A stretch of 64,000 bases of DNA from an uncultured Acidimicrobiaceae bacterium (GTDB lineage Bacteria; Actinomycetota; Acidimicrobiia; Acidimicrobiales; RAAP-2), in contig CAWFKN010000002.1 in assembly GCA_963816405.1 (NCBI GenBank), positions 45,440 to 109,439 on the forward strand, in the 5' to 3' direction. This document shows, piece by piece, positions 23,441 through 33,446 of this stretch; position 1 is the first letter of the stretch; the number at the start of each line of letters is the position of its first letter. Made by a program: the position numbers and the translations under genes. The notes beneath the pieces are model-generated. The model had not been told where the DNA came from. It worked only from the letters and a program-made list of their open reading frames with translations, and searched no databases.

Positions 23441-24952
23441 GTGCCGATCGACAAGCGAACGCCGGTCATCGTCGGCGTCGGCCAGGTCACGAGCCGACCC
23501 GACCCTGCTGACGCCGCCACGCAGACCGACCCGCTGTCGCTCATGGTTGGCGCGCTCGAGCTCGCCGCGGAGGACGCCACCGGCACCCCGGGCACGCACA
23601 GCTCCCTGCTCGGCCGGATCGACGAGCTGACCGCAATCCCCTCGTTCGTCTGGCATGTCGCGGATCCCGCCCGCTGTGTCGCCGAGGCGATGGGCATCAC
23701 GCCGCGCGCGACGCTCGCTGCGTCCGTCGGCGGGACGCTCCCCCAGCGCGTCGTGCTCGACGCGTCGACCCGGATCCTCGCCGGCGAACTCGACGTCGCC
23801 GTCGTCGTCGGCGCCGAGGCCATCAAGAGCCGGGACGTCGCGCGCAAGCGCGGCGAGCACAGCGAGCTGCCCGAGCAGGATCCCTCCGTCCCGCCTGCTC
23901 GCGAGGTGTTCGCCGTCCCCGACGCGCTCACCGACCACGAGCGCTCGTTGGGGCTCGCCCTCCCCGTCCACTCCTACGCCCTCTTCGAGCACGCTCGGCG
24001 TCGCGCGAGGGGCCTCACGCGCGAGGCGCACCTCGGCTCCCTCGGCGCGCTGGCCGCCCGCATGAGCGCGGTCGCCTCGAGGAACGAGCACGCGTGGCTG
24101 CGCACGCCGGTCTCGGCGCTCGAGGTGATCACGCCGTCGCCGGCGAACCGGCTCGTGTCCACCCCGTACACGAAGCTGCTCACCTCCAACGTGGTCGTCG
24201 ACATGGGTGCCGCGGTGATCGTGTGCTCGCTCGAGGCCGCGCGAGGCGCCGGTGTCCCCGAGGACCAGTTCGTCTTCCCCCAGCAGGGCGCCTGGGGCTA
24301 CGAGCAATGGCTGATCTCGAGGCGACGCGAGCTCTCGCAGTCACTCGCGATGCGGTGGTGCGCACGGGCGCTGTTTGGCGACGCGCCGCCGTCGCCCGAG
24401 GAGGCCTCGCTGCTCGAGCTCTACAGCTGCTTCCCGATCGCCGTCGAGATGGCGTGCGACGCGCTCGGGATCGATCCGCTGTCAGACCCGCGCCCGCCGA
24501 CGGTGACGGGCGGCATGACCTTCTTCGGTGGGCCGGGGAACAACTTCGCGACGCACTCGATCGCCACGATGGTGGGGCGGCTGCGCCGCGAGCCCGGTGC
24601 GATCGGCCTCGTCACGGCCCTCGGGTGGTACGCCTCGACCCACGTGTGGGCGACCTACTCGACGACGCCCCGTCCAGGCGGGCTCGTCGTCCACGACGTC
24701 CGCGCGTCCGTCGAGGCCGAGCCGCTCCGCGACGCCGACGACGGCTACGCGGGACCTGGTGACGTCGAGTCCTACACCGTCGGCGTCGACCGCGACGGCG
24801 CGCCGGCGCGGACGGTCGCCTCGGTGAGGACGCCGTCGGGTGCGCGACGACTCGTCGCCTCCGACGACGCGTCGCTCGCCGCCGAGGTGCTCGCGGCGGA
24901 CCCGCTCGGCGCCGAGGTCACCGTGTCGGACGGCTCCATCACCCTCGCCTGA
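23441..24952 (+). CDS. thiolase-like protein (annotated in relatives as acetyl-CoA acetyltransferase)
   Basis: The ORF 23252..24952 most plausibly starts at GTG 23441 ([16 protein letters not shown]). It has the thiolase fold signature [12 protein letters not shown]...[12 protein letters not shown] and a C-terminal OB-like tail. Confidence 0.7.
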   Translation: MPIDKRTPVIVGVGQVTSRPDPADAATQTDPLSLMVGALELAAEDATGTPGTHSSLLGRIDELTAIPSFVWHVADPARCVAEAMGITPRATLAASVGGTLPQRVVLDASTRILAGELDVAVVVGAEAIKSRDVARKRGEHSELPEQDPSVPPAREVFAVPDALTDHERSLGLALPVHSYALFEHARRRARGLTREAHLGSLGALAARMSAVASRNEHAWLRTPVSALEVITPSPANRLVSTPYTKLLTSNVVVDMGAAVIVCSLEAARGAGVPEDQFVFPQQGAWGYEQWLISRRRELSQSLAMRWCARALFGDAPPSPEEASLLELYSCFPIAVEMACDALGIDPLSDPRPPTVTGGMTFFGGPGNNFATHSIATMVGRLRREPGAIGLVTALGWYASTHVWATYSTTPRPGGLVVHDVRASVEAEPLRDADDGYAGPGDVESYTVGVDRDGAPARTVASVRTPSGARRLVASDDASLAAEVLAADPLGAEVTVSDGSITLA

Positions 24953-25550
24953 GCGCCTCGAGGACCTCGGTCGTGAGCGCGCCAGCGCGCACCACCGCTG
25001 GCGTCGCCCCGCACAGGTCGAGCACCGTGGACACCTCGCCCGCACGCGCGCCGTCATCGAGGACCGCGTCGACCGTGCCATCCGAGAAGGTCGCCACGAC
25101 CTCGTCGGCGCTGGTCGACGGCGCGGCGCCGTGGAGGTTGGCCGACGTGACCGCGAGTGGGCCCGTGCGGTCGAGCAGGCGGCGGCACAGCGCGTCGTCG
25201 GGGACACGGAAGCCGATCCCTCGCGGCGCGTGGACCCGCTCGACGAGGTCGCGGGGTGCCGGCACCACGAGCGTCAGGGGCCCGGGCCAGAAAGCCTCCG
25301 CGAGGCGCTGGGCGGCCTGCGACCAGGTCAGGGCGAGGCTGCGCGCCGCAGCGGTGTCGGCCACGAGCACCGCGACGGGGACCGACGTCGGTCGCCGCTT
25401 CGCGGCGAAGAGCGCAGCGACGGCCGCGTCGCTCGTCGCGCAAGCTGCGAGGCCGTAGACGGTGTCGGTCGGCACGGCGACGACCGACCCGCCCGAGAGC
25501 AGCGCCGCCGCTGCGTCGAGCTCGGTCGGTGCGAGGCGGTGCAGCGTCAC
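24939..25550 (-). CDS. L-threonylcarbamoyladenylate synthase (Sua5/YrdC/TsaC family)
   Basis: VVAVPTDTVYGLAA, GPLTLVV and LAVTSANLHG. The GTG start at 25550 overlaps the prmC stop (GTGA). Confidence 0.85.
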   Translation of the reverse strand: MTLHRLAPTELDAAAALLSGGSVVAVPTDTVYGLAACATSDAAVAALFAAKRRPTSVPVAVLVADTAAARSLALTWSQAAQRLAEAFWPGPLTLVVPAPRDLVERVHAPRGIGFRVPDDALCRRLLDRTGPLAVTSANLHGAAPSTSADEVVATFSDGTVDAVLDDGARAGEVSTVLDLCGATPAVVRAGALTTEVLEALRRG

Positions 25551-26374
25551 GAGGGACGCGTCGCCGAGAGGAAGCGCGGGAGGCCAGCCAGGTCGTCGTG
25601 GTCGAGCGCGTCGACAAGCCCGACGTCGCGCGCGAGCTCGCGCACCGCGTCGCCGTGCGAGGCGGCGTGCTCGACCAGCAGCGTCCCGCCGGGTGCGAGC
25701 CACTCGACGGCTCCCGTGACGACGATCTCGATCGCAGCGAACCCCGCCACACCGTTGGCGCCGTCGTTCGCGACGAGCGCGAGCTGCGGCTCGAAGTCGA
25801 GCTCGGCAGCGAGGGACGATCGCTCCGTGCGCCGACGTAGGGGGGGTTCGAGCAGAGAGGTCGAACGCCCCGCGAAGCCTTGCGGGCAGCGCGTCGTACC
25901 AGGAGCCCGCGTGGAACGCCACGCCGTGGGCGCCCACCCTCGTCGCGTTCTCCTCGGCGAGCGCGAGCGCGCGGACCCGAGAGGTCCGTGGCGTGGACCT
26001 CGAGGGCGCGACCGAGACCGCTCGACTCGACGGCGAGGCTCAGCGCGATCGCCCCCGTGCCGCACCCGAGGTCACCGGCCACCTCGACGCGCCCGCCCTC
26101 GACCAGCCCCATCGCGATGCTCCACGAGCTGCTCGGTCTCGGGCCGCGGCACCAGCGCCCGCTCGTCGATCAGCAGGTCGAGGCCGCGGAACGGCCAGTG
26201 GCCGAGCACGTACTGGAGCGGCTCGCCCGCGACGCTCGACGTGACGCGAGCTCGAGCGCGACCGCGCGCCGTCTCGCGAGGGTCCACGTCGACGAGCTCC
26301 TCGAGCAGCCACGTGGCCTCCCGGCGCGACCCGAGGCTCGAGGCGAGCTCGTCGAGGAGGCCGTCAGCCGCCAC
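25547..26374 (-). pseudogene. prmC: release-factor glutamine N5-methyltransferase PrmC/HemK, multiply frameshifted
   Basis: The N-terminus [27 protein letters not shown]...[30 protein letters not shown], the middle DLGCGTGAIALSLA...SNPPYVG (NPPY) and the C-terminus FEPQLALVA...LAPGGTLLVEH lie in different frames. Confidence 0.82.
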
Positions 26375-27453
26375 GGCCCTCGTCGAGCTGGCGGGCTGCG
26401 CTTGTCGGCGATCAGCGCGTCGACGAAGTCGTCGAGGTCCCCGGCCATCACCGCGTCGAGCTTGTACAGCGTGAGGTTGATCCGGTGGTCGGTGACCCGG
26501 TTCTCCTTGAAGTTGTACGTCCGGATCTTCTCGCCGCGCCCTCCCCCGCCGACCTGGCGAGCGCCGCAGGTCGCCCGAGCTTCGGCGGCCTCCTCGTCCT
26601 GGGCGCGCTTGAGCAGCCGGCTGCGCAGGACGACCAGCGCCTTGGCGCGGTTCTGCAGCTGGCTCTTCTCGTCCTGCATCGACACGACGATGCCCGTCGG
26701 CAGGTGCGTGACGCGCACCGCCGAGTCCGTGGTGTTGACGCTCTGGCCGCCCGGCCCGCTCGATCGGTAGACGTCGACCTTCAGGTCGTTCGCGTCGATC
26801 TCGACGTCGACCTCCTCGGCCTCGGGGAGCACCGTGACGGTCGCCGACGAGGTGTGGATCCGGCCCTTGGCCTCGGTCACGGGCACCCGCTGGACGCGGT
26901 GCACGCCGCCCTCGTGCTCGAGGCGGGTCCAGGCGTCCTCGCCGGTGACCTTGAAGACCACCTCGTCGAGCCCGTCGCGCTCGCTTCGCCGCTCCTCGAG
27001 GACCTCGACCTGAAGCCGCGGGCGGCGGCGTAGCGCATGTACATCTCGTAGAGGTCGCGGGCGAAGAGGTTCGCCTCCTCGCCCCCCTCGGCACCGCGGA
27101 TCTCGACGAGGACGGCGCGTCCGGCGTTGGGGTCGATCGGGCAGCAGCAGCTGCTCGAGGTCGCTCGTCGAGCGCGGCGATGCGCGCCTCGAGGCCGCGC
27201 GGTCCGCCTCGAGCGAGGCCCGCTCCTCGCCGCTCGGCGTGCGGCCAGGAGCTCGTCGGCCGCCTCGACGTCGGCGCGTGCAGCACTCGAGAGCTCGCGC
27301 CAGGTGGTGACGAGCTCGGTCAGGTGGCGATGGCGCCGCGACAGGTCACGCAGCCGCGCGGGGTCGCGGGCGACGTCCGGGCGCCGACAGCGCCTCGGAG
27401 GTCTCGTCGAGTTCTGCTGCGAGCCGATCGAAGGACTCGTCCGGCGTCGCCAT
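26364..27453 (-). pseudogene. prfA: peptide chain release factor 1, multiply frameshifted
   Basis: The gene starts ATG 27453 (MATPDESFDRLAAELDETSEALSAP) and shifts frame at GCGCCCGGAC. The core ORF 26170..26961 carries [25 protein letters not shown] (GGQ). The inferred end is QLDEGRGG* at 26364. Confidence 0.85.
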
Positions 27454-27476
27454 CGCGTGGCGCTACGCGCCGGGGG

Positions 27477-27704
27477 TCAGCTCTTGGCGGCGCGGGTGGA
27501 CTTGCCCTTGGCGCCGTAGCGACGCTGGAAGCGCTCGACGCGGCCACCGGTGTCGACCAGCTTCTGCTTGCCGGTGAAGAACGGGTGGCACTCGTTGCAC
27601 AGCTCGACGTGCAGGTCGGGCTTCGTGGACCGCGTCGTGAACGTGTTGCCGCACGAGCAGCGAACGCTGGCCTCGACGTACTCGGGGTGGATGTCTGCCT
27701 TCAT
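27477..27704 (-). CDS. rpmE: 50S ribosomal protein L31 (Zn-ribbon type)
   Basis: An intact 75-aa ORF starting MKADIHPEY, with CSCG...[13 protein letters not shown]. Confidence 0.95.
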   Translation of the reverse strand: MKADIHPEYVEASVRCSCGNTFTTRSTKPDLHVELCNECHPFFTGKQKLVDTGGRVERFQRRYGAKGKSTRAAKS

Positions 27705-27744
27705 GGTGCTCCTTTGCGGACGTGCAGTGTAGCGGCGAGCGTCC

Positions 27745-29398
27745 TCAGGCGTTCGACGAGGGGCCCTTCGCGATCTCGGCGAGGAAGTCGTCGTTGGACC
27801 TCGTCGTCTTGATCTTGTCCATCAGCAGCTCCAGGCCCGCGGCACCCGTGCCGTCGTTCTGCGAGGCCGTTGAGGACCCGGCGGAGCTTCCAGACCTGCT
27901 GGAGCTGGCCCTTCTCGAAGAGCAGCTCCTCGTGGCGCGTCGAGCTCGCGTTCACGTCGATCGCCGGGTAGATCCGGCGCTCGGCGAGGCGGCGGTCGAG
28001 CCGCAGCTCCATGTTGCCGGTGCCCTTGAACTCCTCGAAGATCACCTCGTCCATCTTCGAGCCGGTCTCGACGAGCGCCGTCGCGAGGATCGTGAGCGAT
28101 CCGCCCTCCTCGATGTTCCTTGCGGCGCCGAAGAACTTCCTCGGCGGGTACAGCGCGCCCGAGTCGACACCGCCGGACATGATCGCGTCCCGTGGCGGGC
28201 TGCGAGAGGTTGTAGGCGCGGGCGAGCCTCGTGATGCCGTCGAGCAGGATCACCACGTCGCGCCCGAGCTCGACGAGCCGCTTCGCGCGCTCGATGGCGA
28301 GCTCGGCGACCTGGGTGTGCTCCTCGCTCGGCCGGTCGAACGTCGAGGCGACGACCTCGCCGCTTCACGCTGCGACGCATGTCGGTGACCTCCTCGGGGC
28401 GCTCCTCGACGAGCAGCACCATGAGGTGCATCTCGGGGTTGTTCTCCTCGATCGAGTGCGCGATGCGCTTGAGGATCGCGGTCTTGCCGGCCTTCGGCGG
28501 CGACACGATGAGGCCGCGCTGCCCCTTGCCGATCGGGCTCAGCAGGTCGACGATCCGCGCGGTCATGTTCCTTGTCGCCCTCGGACTCGAGCCGGAGCCG
28601 CTCGTCGGGGAACAGCGGTGTGAGGTCCTCGAAGCGACGCCTCGTCTTGGCCTCCTCGGGGTCGAGGCCCGAGACCGAGTCGATGCGCAGGAGCGCCGGG
28701 TACTTCTCGTTGCTCGCCGCCGGCCGGCACGCACCCTCGATGGAGTCGCCCTTGCGGAGGTAGAACCGCTTGGCCTGGCTGATCGAGACGTAGACATCCT
28801 TCGGCGACGGCAGGTACCCCACGGTGCGCACGAAGCCGTAGCCCTCGTCGCGCAGGTCGAGGAGTCCCCGGACCTCGACCAGCTCGCCGGTGTACGTCTG
28901 CTCCTGGGCGCCCTGCAAGTCGCGGTCGCTCCGTTCGCGGTCACGGCCGCGCCGCCTGCGGTTGTTCCTGCGGTTGGCCGGGTCGAACTGGCTCTGGCCT
29001 GGCTGACTCTGGCCGGGCTGGCTCTGGCCCGGCTGGCTCTGGCCGCTTGGCTGGCCCTGGGGCCTCGAGGTGCGCTGGCTCGTCCCGACGGCCTCGTCGG
29101 ACGAGTTCGTCGTCGTGGTGCTGGCGACCGCGACGCCGACGAGCTCGGCGTCGTCGTGTGGCGCGCCGTTCGAGATGGCTGTCGCTGCGGCGACCTTCTT
29201 GTCAGCACCCTCAGCGACGGTTGCGGTGCTCGCGGTGTCGGCGGCATCGACGCCTGCGGCGCCGAGGATGGCACCGATCAGGGTCGCCTTGCTCGCGCGC
29301 GCGCTGGTCTTGAGCTCCATCGCGTTCGCGATCGTCTGCAGCTCGACGCGCTCCTTGGTCTCTAGGAGGGACCGTTCCAACTGGGGACCGGACGTCAT
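27745..29398 (-). pseudogene. rho: transcription termination factor Rho with an actinobacterial N-terminal insertion, multiply frameshifted
   Basis: The start is ATG 29398 (MTSGPQLERSLLETKERVELQ). The pieces are the CSD-like part [14 protein letters not shown], Walker [12 protein letters not shown], ...[31 protein letters not shown] and the C-terminus [25 protein letters not shown]. They are spread over three frames. Confidence 0.88.
28986..29062. repeat. about 4.5 x 15-nt in-frame tandem repeat inside rho (encodes GQSQP repeats)
   Basis: Plus strand reads ...ggctctggcc tggctgactctggcc gggctggctctggcc cggctggctctggcc gcttggctggccctgg. It translates (minus strand) to [24 protein letters not shown]. 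Confidence 0.8.
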
Positions 29399-29758
29399 TC
29401 GTGTCCTCTCTCTCACCCTCCGGACAGACCGAAGGGGAACGCCACGTGCGCGTCGCACGCGGCACGAACCACCCATTTCCAAGGAGGAATGTGTCCCTGG
29501 GGCCAGCGGCTGCGCCGCAGGCGAGGTGGGATGGCAACATCCTAGCGGGTGCCCGCACCACCTGTCACATACCGCGTCAGTGCCCGCGAACCACGCGTCG
29601 CACTCCTGAGGTGACGAGGTTCGTCAGCGGACCTCCATCGGACATCTCGACGGCGCACCAGGACGACGTCCAGGACGACGACCAGGTCGACGCCCAGGAC
29701 GACCTCCAGGGCGCGGGCAGCGGGAGCTGCACCGCCATCGACCTCGTCGCAGCTCGGC

Positions 29759-30808
29759 TCAGCTGGCTCGGCCCTCCAAGATCGCCTCCACCAGCGCGGC
29801 GGCTCCCCCGTCGATCCTCGTCGGACGCCCGGCGTGCGCGGTCGCGGTCTCTGGGTCCTTCAGCCCGCTACCGGTGAGCACGCACACGACGAGTGATCCG
29901 GGCTCGACGCCGTCTCGGAGGAGCCCCGCGACGCCGGCAGCCGACGCCGGCTCGCAGAAGACCGACTCTTCGCGCGCGAGCAGCAGCCATGCCTCGATGA
30001 TGGCGTCGTCGGACACCGCACGGATGTGCCCCGAGGACGATGACGCCGCCTCGACGGCTCCCTCCCAGCTCGCCGGGTTGCCGATCCTGATCGCCGTCGC
30101 GATCGTCTCGGGGTGCTCGACTCGGTGTCCGAGGACGATCGGCGCCGCACCCTCGGCCTGGTAGCCGAAGAGCCTCGGCAGCGAGGTCGCGCGCTCGGCG
30201 TCGCGGTAGCGGCGGAAGCCTCGCCAGTAGGCGGTGATGTTGCCGGCGTTGCCGACGGGGAGGAAGAGGTGGTCGGGAGCACGACCGAGGTCGTCGACGA
30301 TCTCGTACGCCGCGGACGCCTGCCCGTCGATGCGATCAGGGTTGATCGAGTTGACGACGGTCACCGGCGCCAGGTCGGGAAGCGTCCGGACGAGCTCGAG
30401 CGCGTCGTCGAAGTTCCCGGGGACCTGAAGCACGCGTGCGCCGTGGACGAGCGCCTGGGCGAGCTTGCCGAGTGCCACCTTGCCCTCGGGGATCACGACG
30501 GCGCAGTCGATGCCCGCCCTCGCCGCATAGGCCGCCGCCGAGGCTGACGTGTTGCCGGTCGAGGCGCACACGACGGTCGTCGCGCCGCGCGCGACGGCCT
30601 TGGAGATGGCGACGGTCATGCCGCGGTCCTTGAAGCTCCCGGTGGGGTTCGCCCCCTCCACCTTCAGGTACACCTCGGCGTTCATGCGCCGCGACAGCCT
30701 TGGGGCGGCGAGCAGCGGGGTCGCGCCCTCGAGCAGGCTCACCGCGGTGACGTCGTCGGGGACGCCCACGAGCTCGCCGTAGCGGGCGATGACGCCGCCG
30801 TAGGCCAT
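29759..30808 (-). CDS. thrC: threonine synthase
   Basis: Intact 349 aa with [14 protein letters not shown] (PLP Lys) and [14 protein letters not shown]. Confidence 0.93.
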   Translation of the reverse strand: MAYGGVIARYGELVGVPDDVTAVSLLEGATPLLAAPRLSRRMNAEVYLKVEGANPTGSFKDRGMTVAISKAVARGATTVVCASTGNTSASAAAYAARAGIDCAVVIPEGKVALGKLAQALVHGARVLQVPGNFDDALELVRTLPDLAPVTVVNSINPDRIDGQASAAYEIVDDLGRAPDHLFLPVGNAGNITAYWRGFRRYRDAERATSLPRLFGYQAEGAAPIVLGHRVEHPETIATAIRIGNPASWEGAVEAASSSSGHIRAVSDDAIIEAWLLLAREESVFCEPASAAGVAGLLRDGVEPGSLVVCVLTGSGLKDPETATAHAGRPTRIDGGAAALVEAILEGRAS

Positions 30809-32115
30809 CAGGCCTCCCCTCCCTCGACGACGTGCAGCAGCGCGCCCACGTCCGTCACCGCATCGAGGTCGCGCAGCGCGGTGACGGTCGCCGCCATGGC
30901 CGATGCTGCCGCTCGGTGGGTCAGGAACACGAGACGTGCGTCATCGCCGAGGCCGACCTGCTCCATCGACTGGATCGAGACGCCGTGATGCCCGAAGACC
31001 GTGGCCACGGCGGCGAGCACGCCCGGCCGGTCGGCCACCTCGATGGCGAGGTAGAACGCGCTCTGGATGCCACCGGGCGCCTGGAGCTGCGTGCGACGGC
31101 TGATCGACGGCGGGCGCTCGCTCGTGGCGGCCACCCGGTTGCGCGCCGCGGCGACCAGGTCGCCGAGCACCGCCGACGCGGTCGGCGCGCCGCCGGCACC
31201 CTTGCCCTCGAGCATGAGCGGACCGGCGGCTGCGCCCTCGACGAAGATCGCGTTCGTCGCACCGTCGACCGCGGCGAGCGGATGGCCGATCGGCACCATC
31301 GTGGGGTGCACGCGGACCGTGACGCCGTCGACGCCGGTGCGCTCGGCGACCGCGAGCAGTCGCACGACGTGGCCCATCCTCGCAGCAGCCTCGATGTCCG
31401 CGGCCGTGATCCTCGAGATCCCCTCGCGTGGGACGTCCGCATCGGTCACCTCGAGGCCGAACGCGAGCGTCGACAGGATCGCTGCCTTCTGCGCGGCGTC
31501 GTGCCCATCCACGTCGGCAGAGGGGTCGCGCTCTGCGTAGCCAAGCGCGGTCGCCTCGGCGAGCACGTCCGCGTAGTCTCGGTGCTCCCTTGTCATCGTC
31601 GTGAGCACGTAGTTGGTCGTGCCGTTCACGATCCCGAGGAGCCGCTCGACGCGCTGCCCGGCGAGCGCGGTGCGCAGCACCCGGATGATCGGGATGGCCC
31701 CGGCGACGGCCGCCTCGTAGAAGAGGTCCACACCCTGGCCCGCCGCACGCTCGGTCAGGGCGCACAGCTGCGCAGCGACGAGCGCCTTGTTGGCCGTGAC
31801 GACCGAGGCGCCGGCATCGATCGCCTGGTGGACGAGCACCTCGACCTCACCCAGCCCGCCGATGAGCTCGACGACGATCGACGCGCCGGCGTCGCGGACG
31901 AGCCTGGTCGGGTCCGTCGTGAGCAGGCCCGCGTCGATGCCAGGTCGCTCGATCCCCTTGCGGGCCACCGCGATGCCGCAGAGCTCGAGTGGCGCGCCGA
32001 TCGCCTCGGCGAGCGCCTCGGCCGACGCCGGCTCGAGGAGCGCGCGGGCGACCTCGCCGCCGACGGTCCCACAGCCGAGGAGGGCCACGCGGATCGGCCC
32101 TGGCGGCTCACCCAT
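30808..32115 (-). CDS. hom: homoserine dehydrogenase (with C-terminal ACT domain)
   Basis: The start is placed at ATG 32115 ([20 protein letters not shown]). It carries the NAD-binding GxGxxG and the [10 protein letters not shown] motif. The ORF extension to 32271 is Arg-rich and unlikely to be real. Confidence 0.9.
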   Translation of the reverse strand: MGEPPGPIRVALLGCGTVGGEVARALLEPASAEALAEAIGAPLELCGIAVARKGIERPGIDAGLLTTDPTRLVRDAGASIVVELIGGLGEVEVLVHQAIDAGASVVTANKALVAAQLCALTERAAGQGVDLFYEAAVAGAIPIIRVLRTALAGQRVERLLGIVNGTTNYVLTTMTREHRDYADVLAEATALGYAERDPSADVDGHDAAQKAAILSTLAFGLEVTDADVPREGISRITAADIEAAARMGHVVRLLAVAERTGVDGVTVRVHPTMVPIGHPLAAVDGATNAIFVEGAAAGPLMLEGKGAGGAPTASAVLGDLVAAARNRVAATSERPPSISRRTQLQAPGGIQSAFYLAIEVADRPGVLAAVATVFGHHGVSIQSMEQVGLGDDARLVFLTHRAAASAMAATVTALRDLDAVTDVGALLHVVEGGEA

Positions 32116-32117
32116 GG

Positions 32118-33413
32118 TCACGGGCACTCCAGCGCCTCGAGGTCCGAGGGCTGCTCGCGGCGGAGGACCTCGCGCGCGCGACCCTCGCGGACGAAGACGA
32201 CGGCGGGGCGTCCCACGCGGTTGTAGGTCGACGCCATCGAGTAGCCGTAGGCGCCGGTCACCGGCGTGCACAGTACGTCGCCGACGACGAGGTCGGTCGG
32301 GACCCGCGCATCGTCGACCAGGACGTCGCCGCTCTCACAGTGCTTGCCGACGACGCGCACGGCCCTGCGGCGCTGCGAGGACGTCGCACGCGGCAGGAAG
32401 GCCTCGTAGCCCGAGCCGTACAGGACCGGGCGTGGGTTGTCGCTCATCCCGCCGTCCACTGCGACGTAGGTTCGCACGCCCGGCAGCTCCTTGAGGGCGC
32501 CGACGGTGTACAACGTGACGCCGGCGCTGGCAACGATGGCGCGACCCGGCTCAGCCGTGATGCGGACGTGGGGCGACACGCCCGCCTCGGCGACCGCCGC
32601 ACGCACCGCCCTCCCCCACTCCGAGATGCTCGGCGCGACCTCTCCCGCCACGTAGGCGACGCCCAGCCCCCCTCCCACGCACAGCTCCTCGAGCCCGAGC
32701 GGCGAGAAGAACCTGGCGAGGATCGCGGCTGCCTGGGCGAGCGATCCGACGTCGAAGACCTGGCTCCCGATGTGCGCGTGGAGACCAGCCAGCGCGAGCC
32801 CGGGGGTCGACTCGATGCTCGCGAGCACCCTCGACGCCTCGCCGGACGCGATCGAGACGCCGAACTTCGTGTCCTCCTGCCCCGTCCGCACGAACTCGTG
32901 GGTGTGCGCCTCGACCCCGGGGGTCACCCGCAGGAGGACCGGCTGGCTCGACGAGCGCGATGACGTGAGCGCCGCGAGCCGAGCGAGGTCGTCGGGCCCG
33001 TCGACCACGATGCGGCCGACACCTGCGTCGAGGGCCAAACGGAGCTCGTCGAGTGACTTGTTGTTGCCGTGCAGGACGAGCCGCCCTGCAGGCACGCCGG
33101 CCGAGAGCGCACAGTGCAGCTCCCCCGCTGAGGCCACGTCCAAGCAGAGCCCGGCGCGGTGCGCGAGCGTCGCCATGGCACGACAGAGGAACGCCTTGGT
33201 CGCGTAGGCGACGCCGTCGTCGAACGCCGCGGACGCCTCTGTGCACCGCGCCTCGAGGTGCGCCTCGTCGTAGACGAAGAGCGGCGTCCCGAACTGCTTG
33301 GCCAGGGACACGAGGTCGCAGCCGCCAACTGACAGCGCCCCGTCAGCGGCGACGACCGCGGTGTCGGGCAGCAGCGTGCGGGCGACGGGTGCGGTGGACG
33401 GGCCGCTCCCCAT
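32118..33413 (-). CDS. lysA: diaminopimelate decarboxylase
   Basis: Intact 431 aa with YATKAF (PLP Lys region), GGGLGVAY and CESGD. Confidence 0.93.
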   Translation of the reverse strand: MGSGPSTAPVARTLLPDTAVVAADGALSVGGCDLVSLAKQFGTPLFVYDEAHLEARCTEASAAFDDGVAYATKAFLCRAMATLAHRAGLCLDVASAGELHCALSAGVPAGRLVLHGNNKSLDELRLALDAGVGRIVVDGPDDLARLAALTSSRSSSQPVLLRVTPGVEAHTHEFVRTGQEDTKFGVSIASGEASRVLASIESTPGLALAGLHAHIGSQVFDVGSLAQAAAILARFFSPLGLEELCVGGGLGVAYVAGEVAPSISEWGRAVRAAVAEAGVSPHVRITAEPGRAIVASAGVTLYTVGALKELPGVRTYVAVDGGMSDNPRPVLYGSGYEAFLPRATSSQRRRAVRVVGKHCESGDVLVDDARVPTDLVVGDVLCTPVTGAYGYSMASTYNRVGRPAVVFVREGRAREVLRREQPSDLEALECP

Positions 33414-33446
33414 CGCGACACCCTACGGTGAGCGCGCGTCCAGGGC

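Noticed and set aside
24939-24952. Two convergent gene pairs overlap by exactly 14 nt (thiolase/sua5 here, and mftF/adh at 57914-57927).
   Set aside because: The overlapping sequences are unrelated (tcaccctcgcctga versus tcagtcgaacttga). Equal length looks coincidental.
29401-29877. A 158-aa plus-strand ORF with an acidic HQDDVQDDDQVDAQDD repeat, and an 18-aa ORF after a strong aaggagg (about 29481) in the thrC-rho spacer.
   Set aside because: The long ORF runs into the 3' end of thrC on the opposite strand and has no family resemblance. The short ORF is isolated. Both are more simply by-products of the decamer repeat in a non-coding leader.
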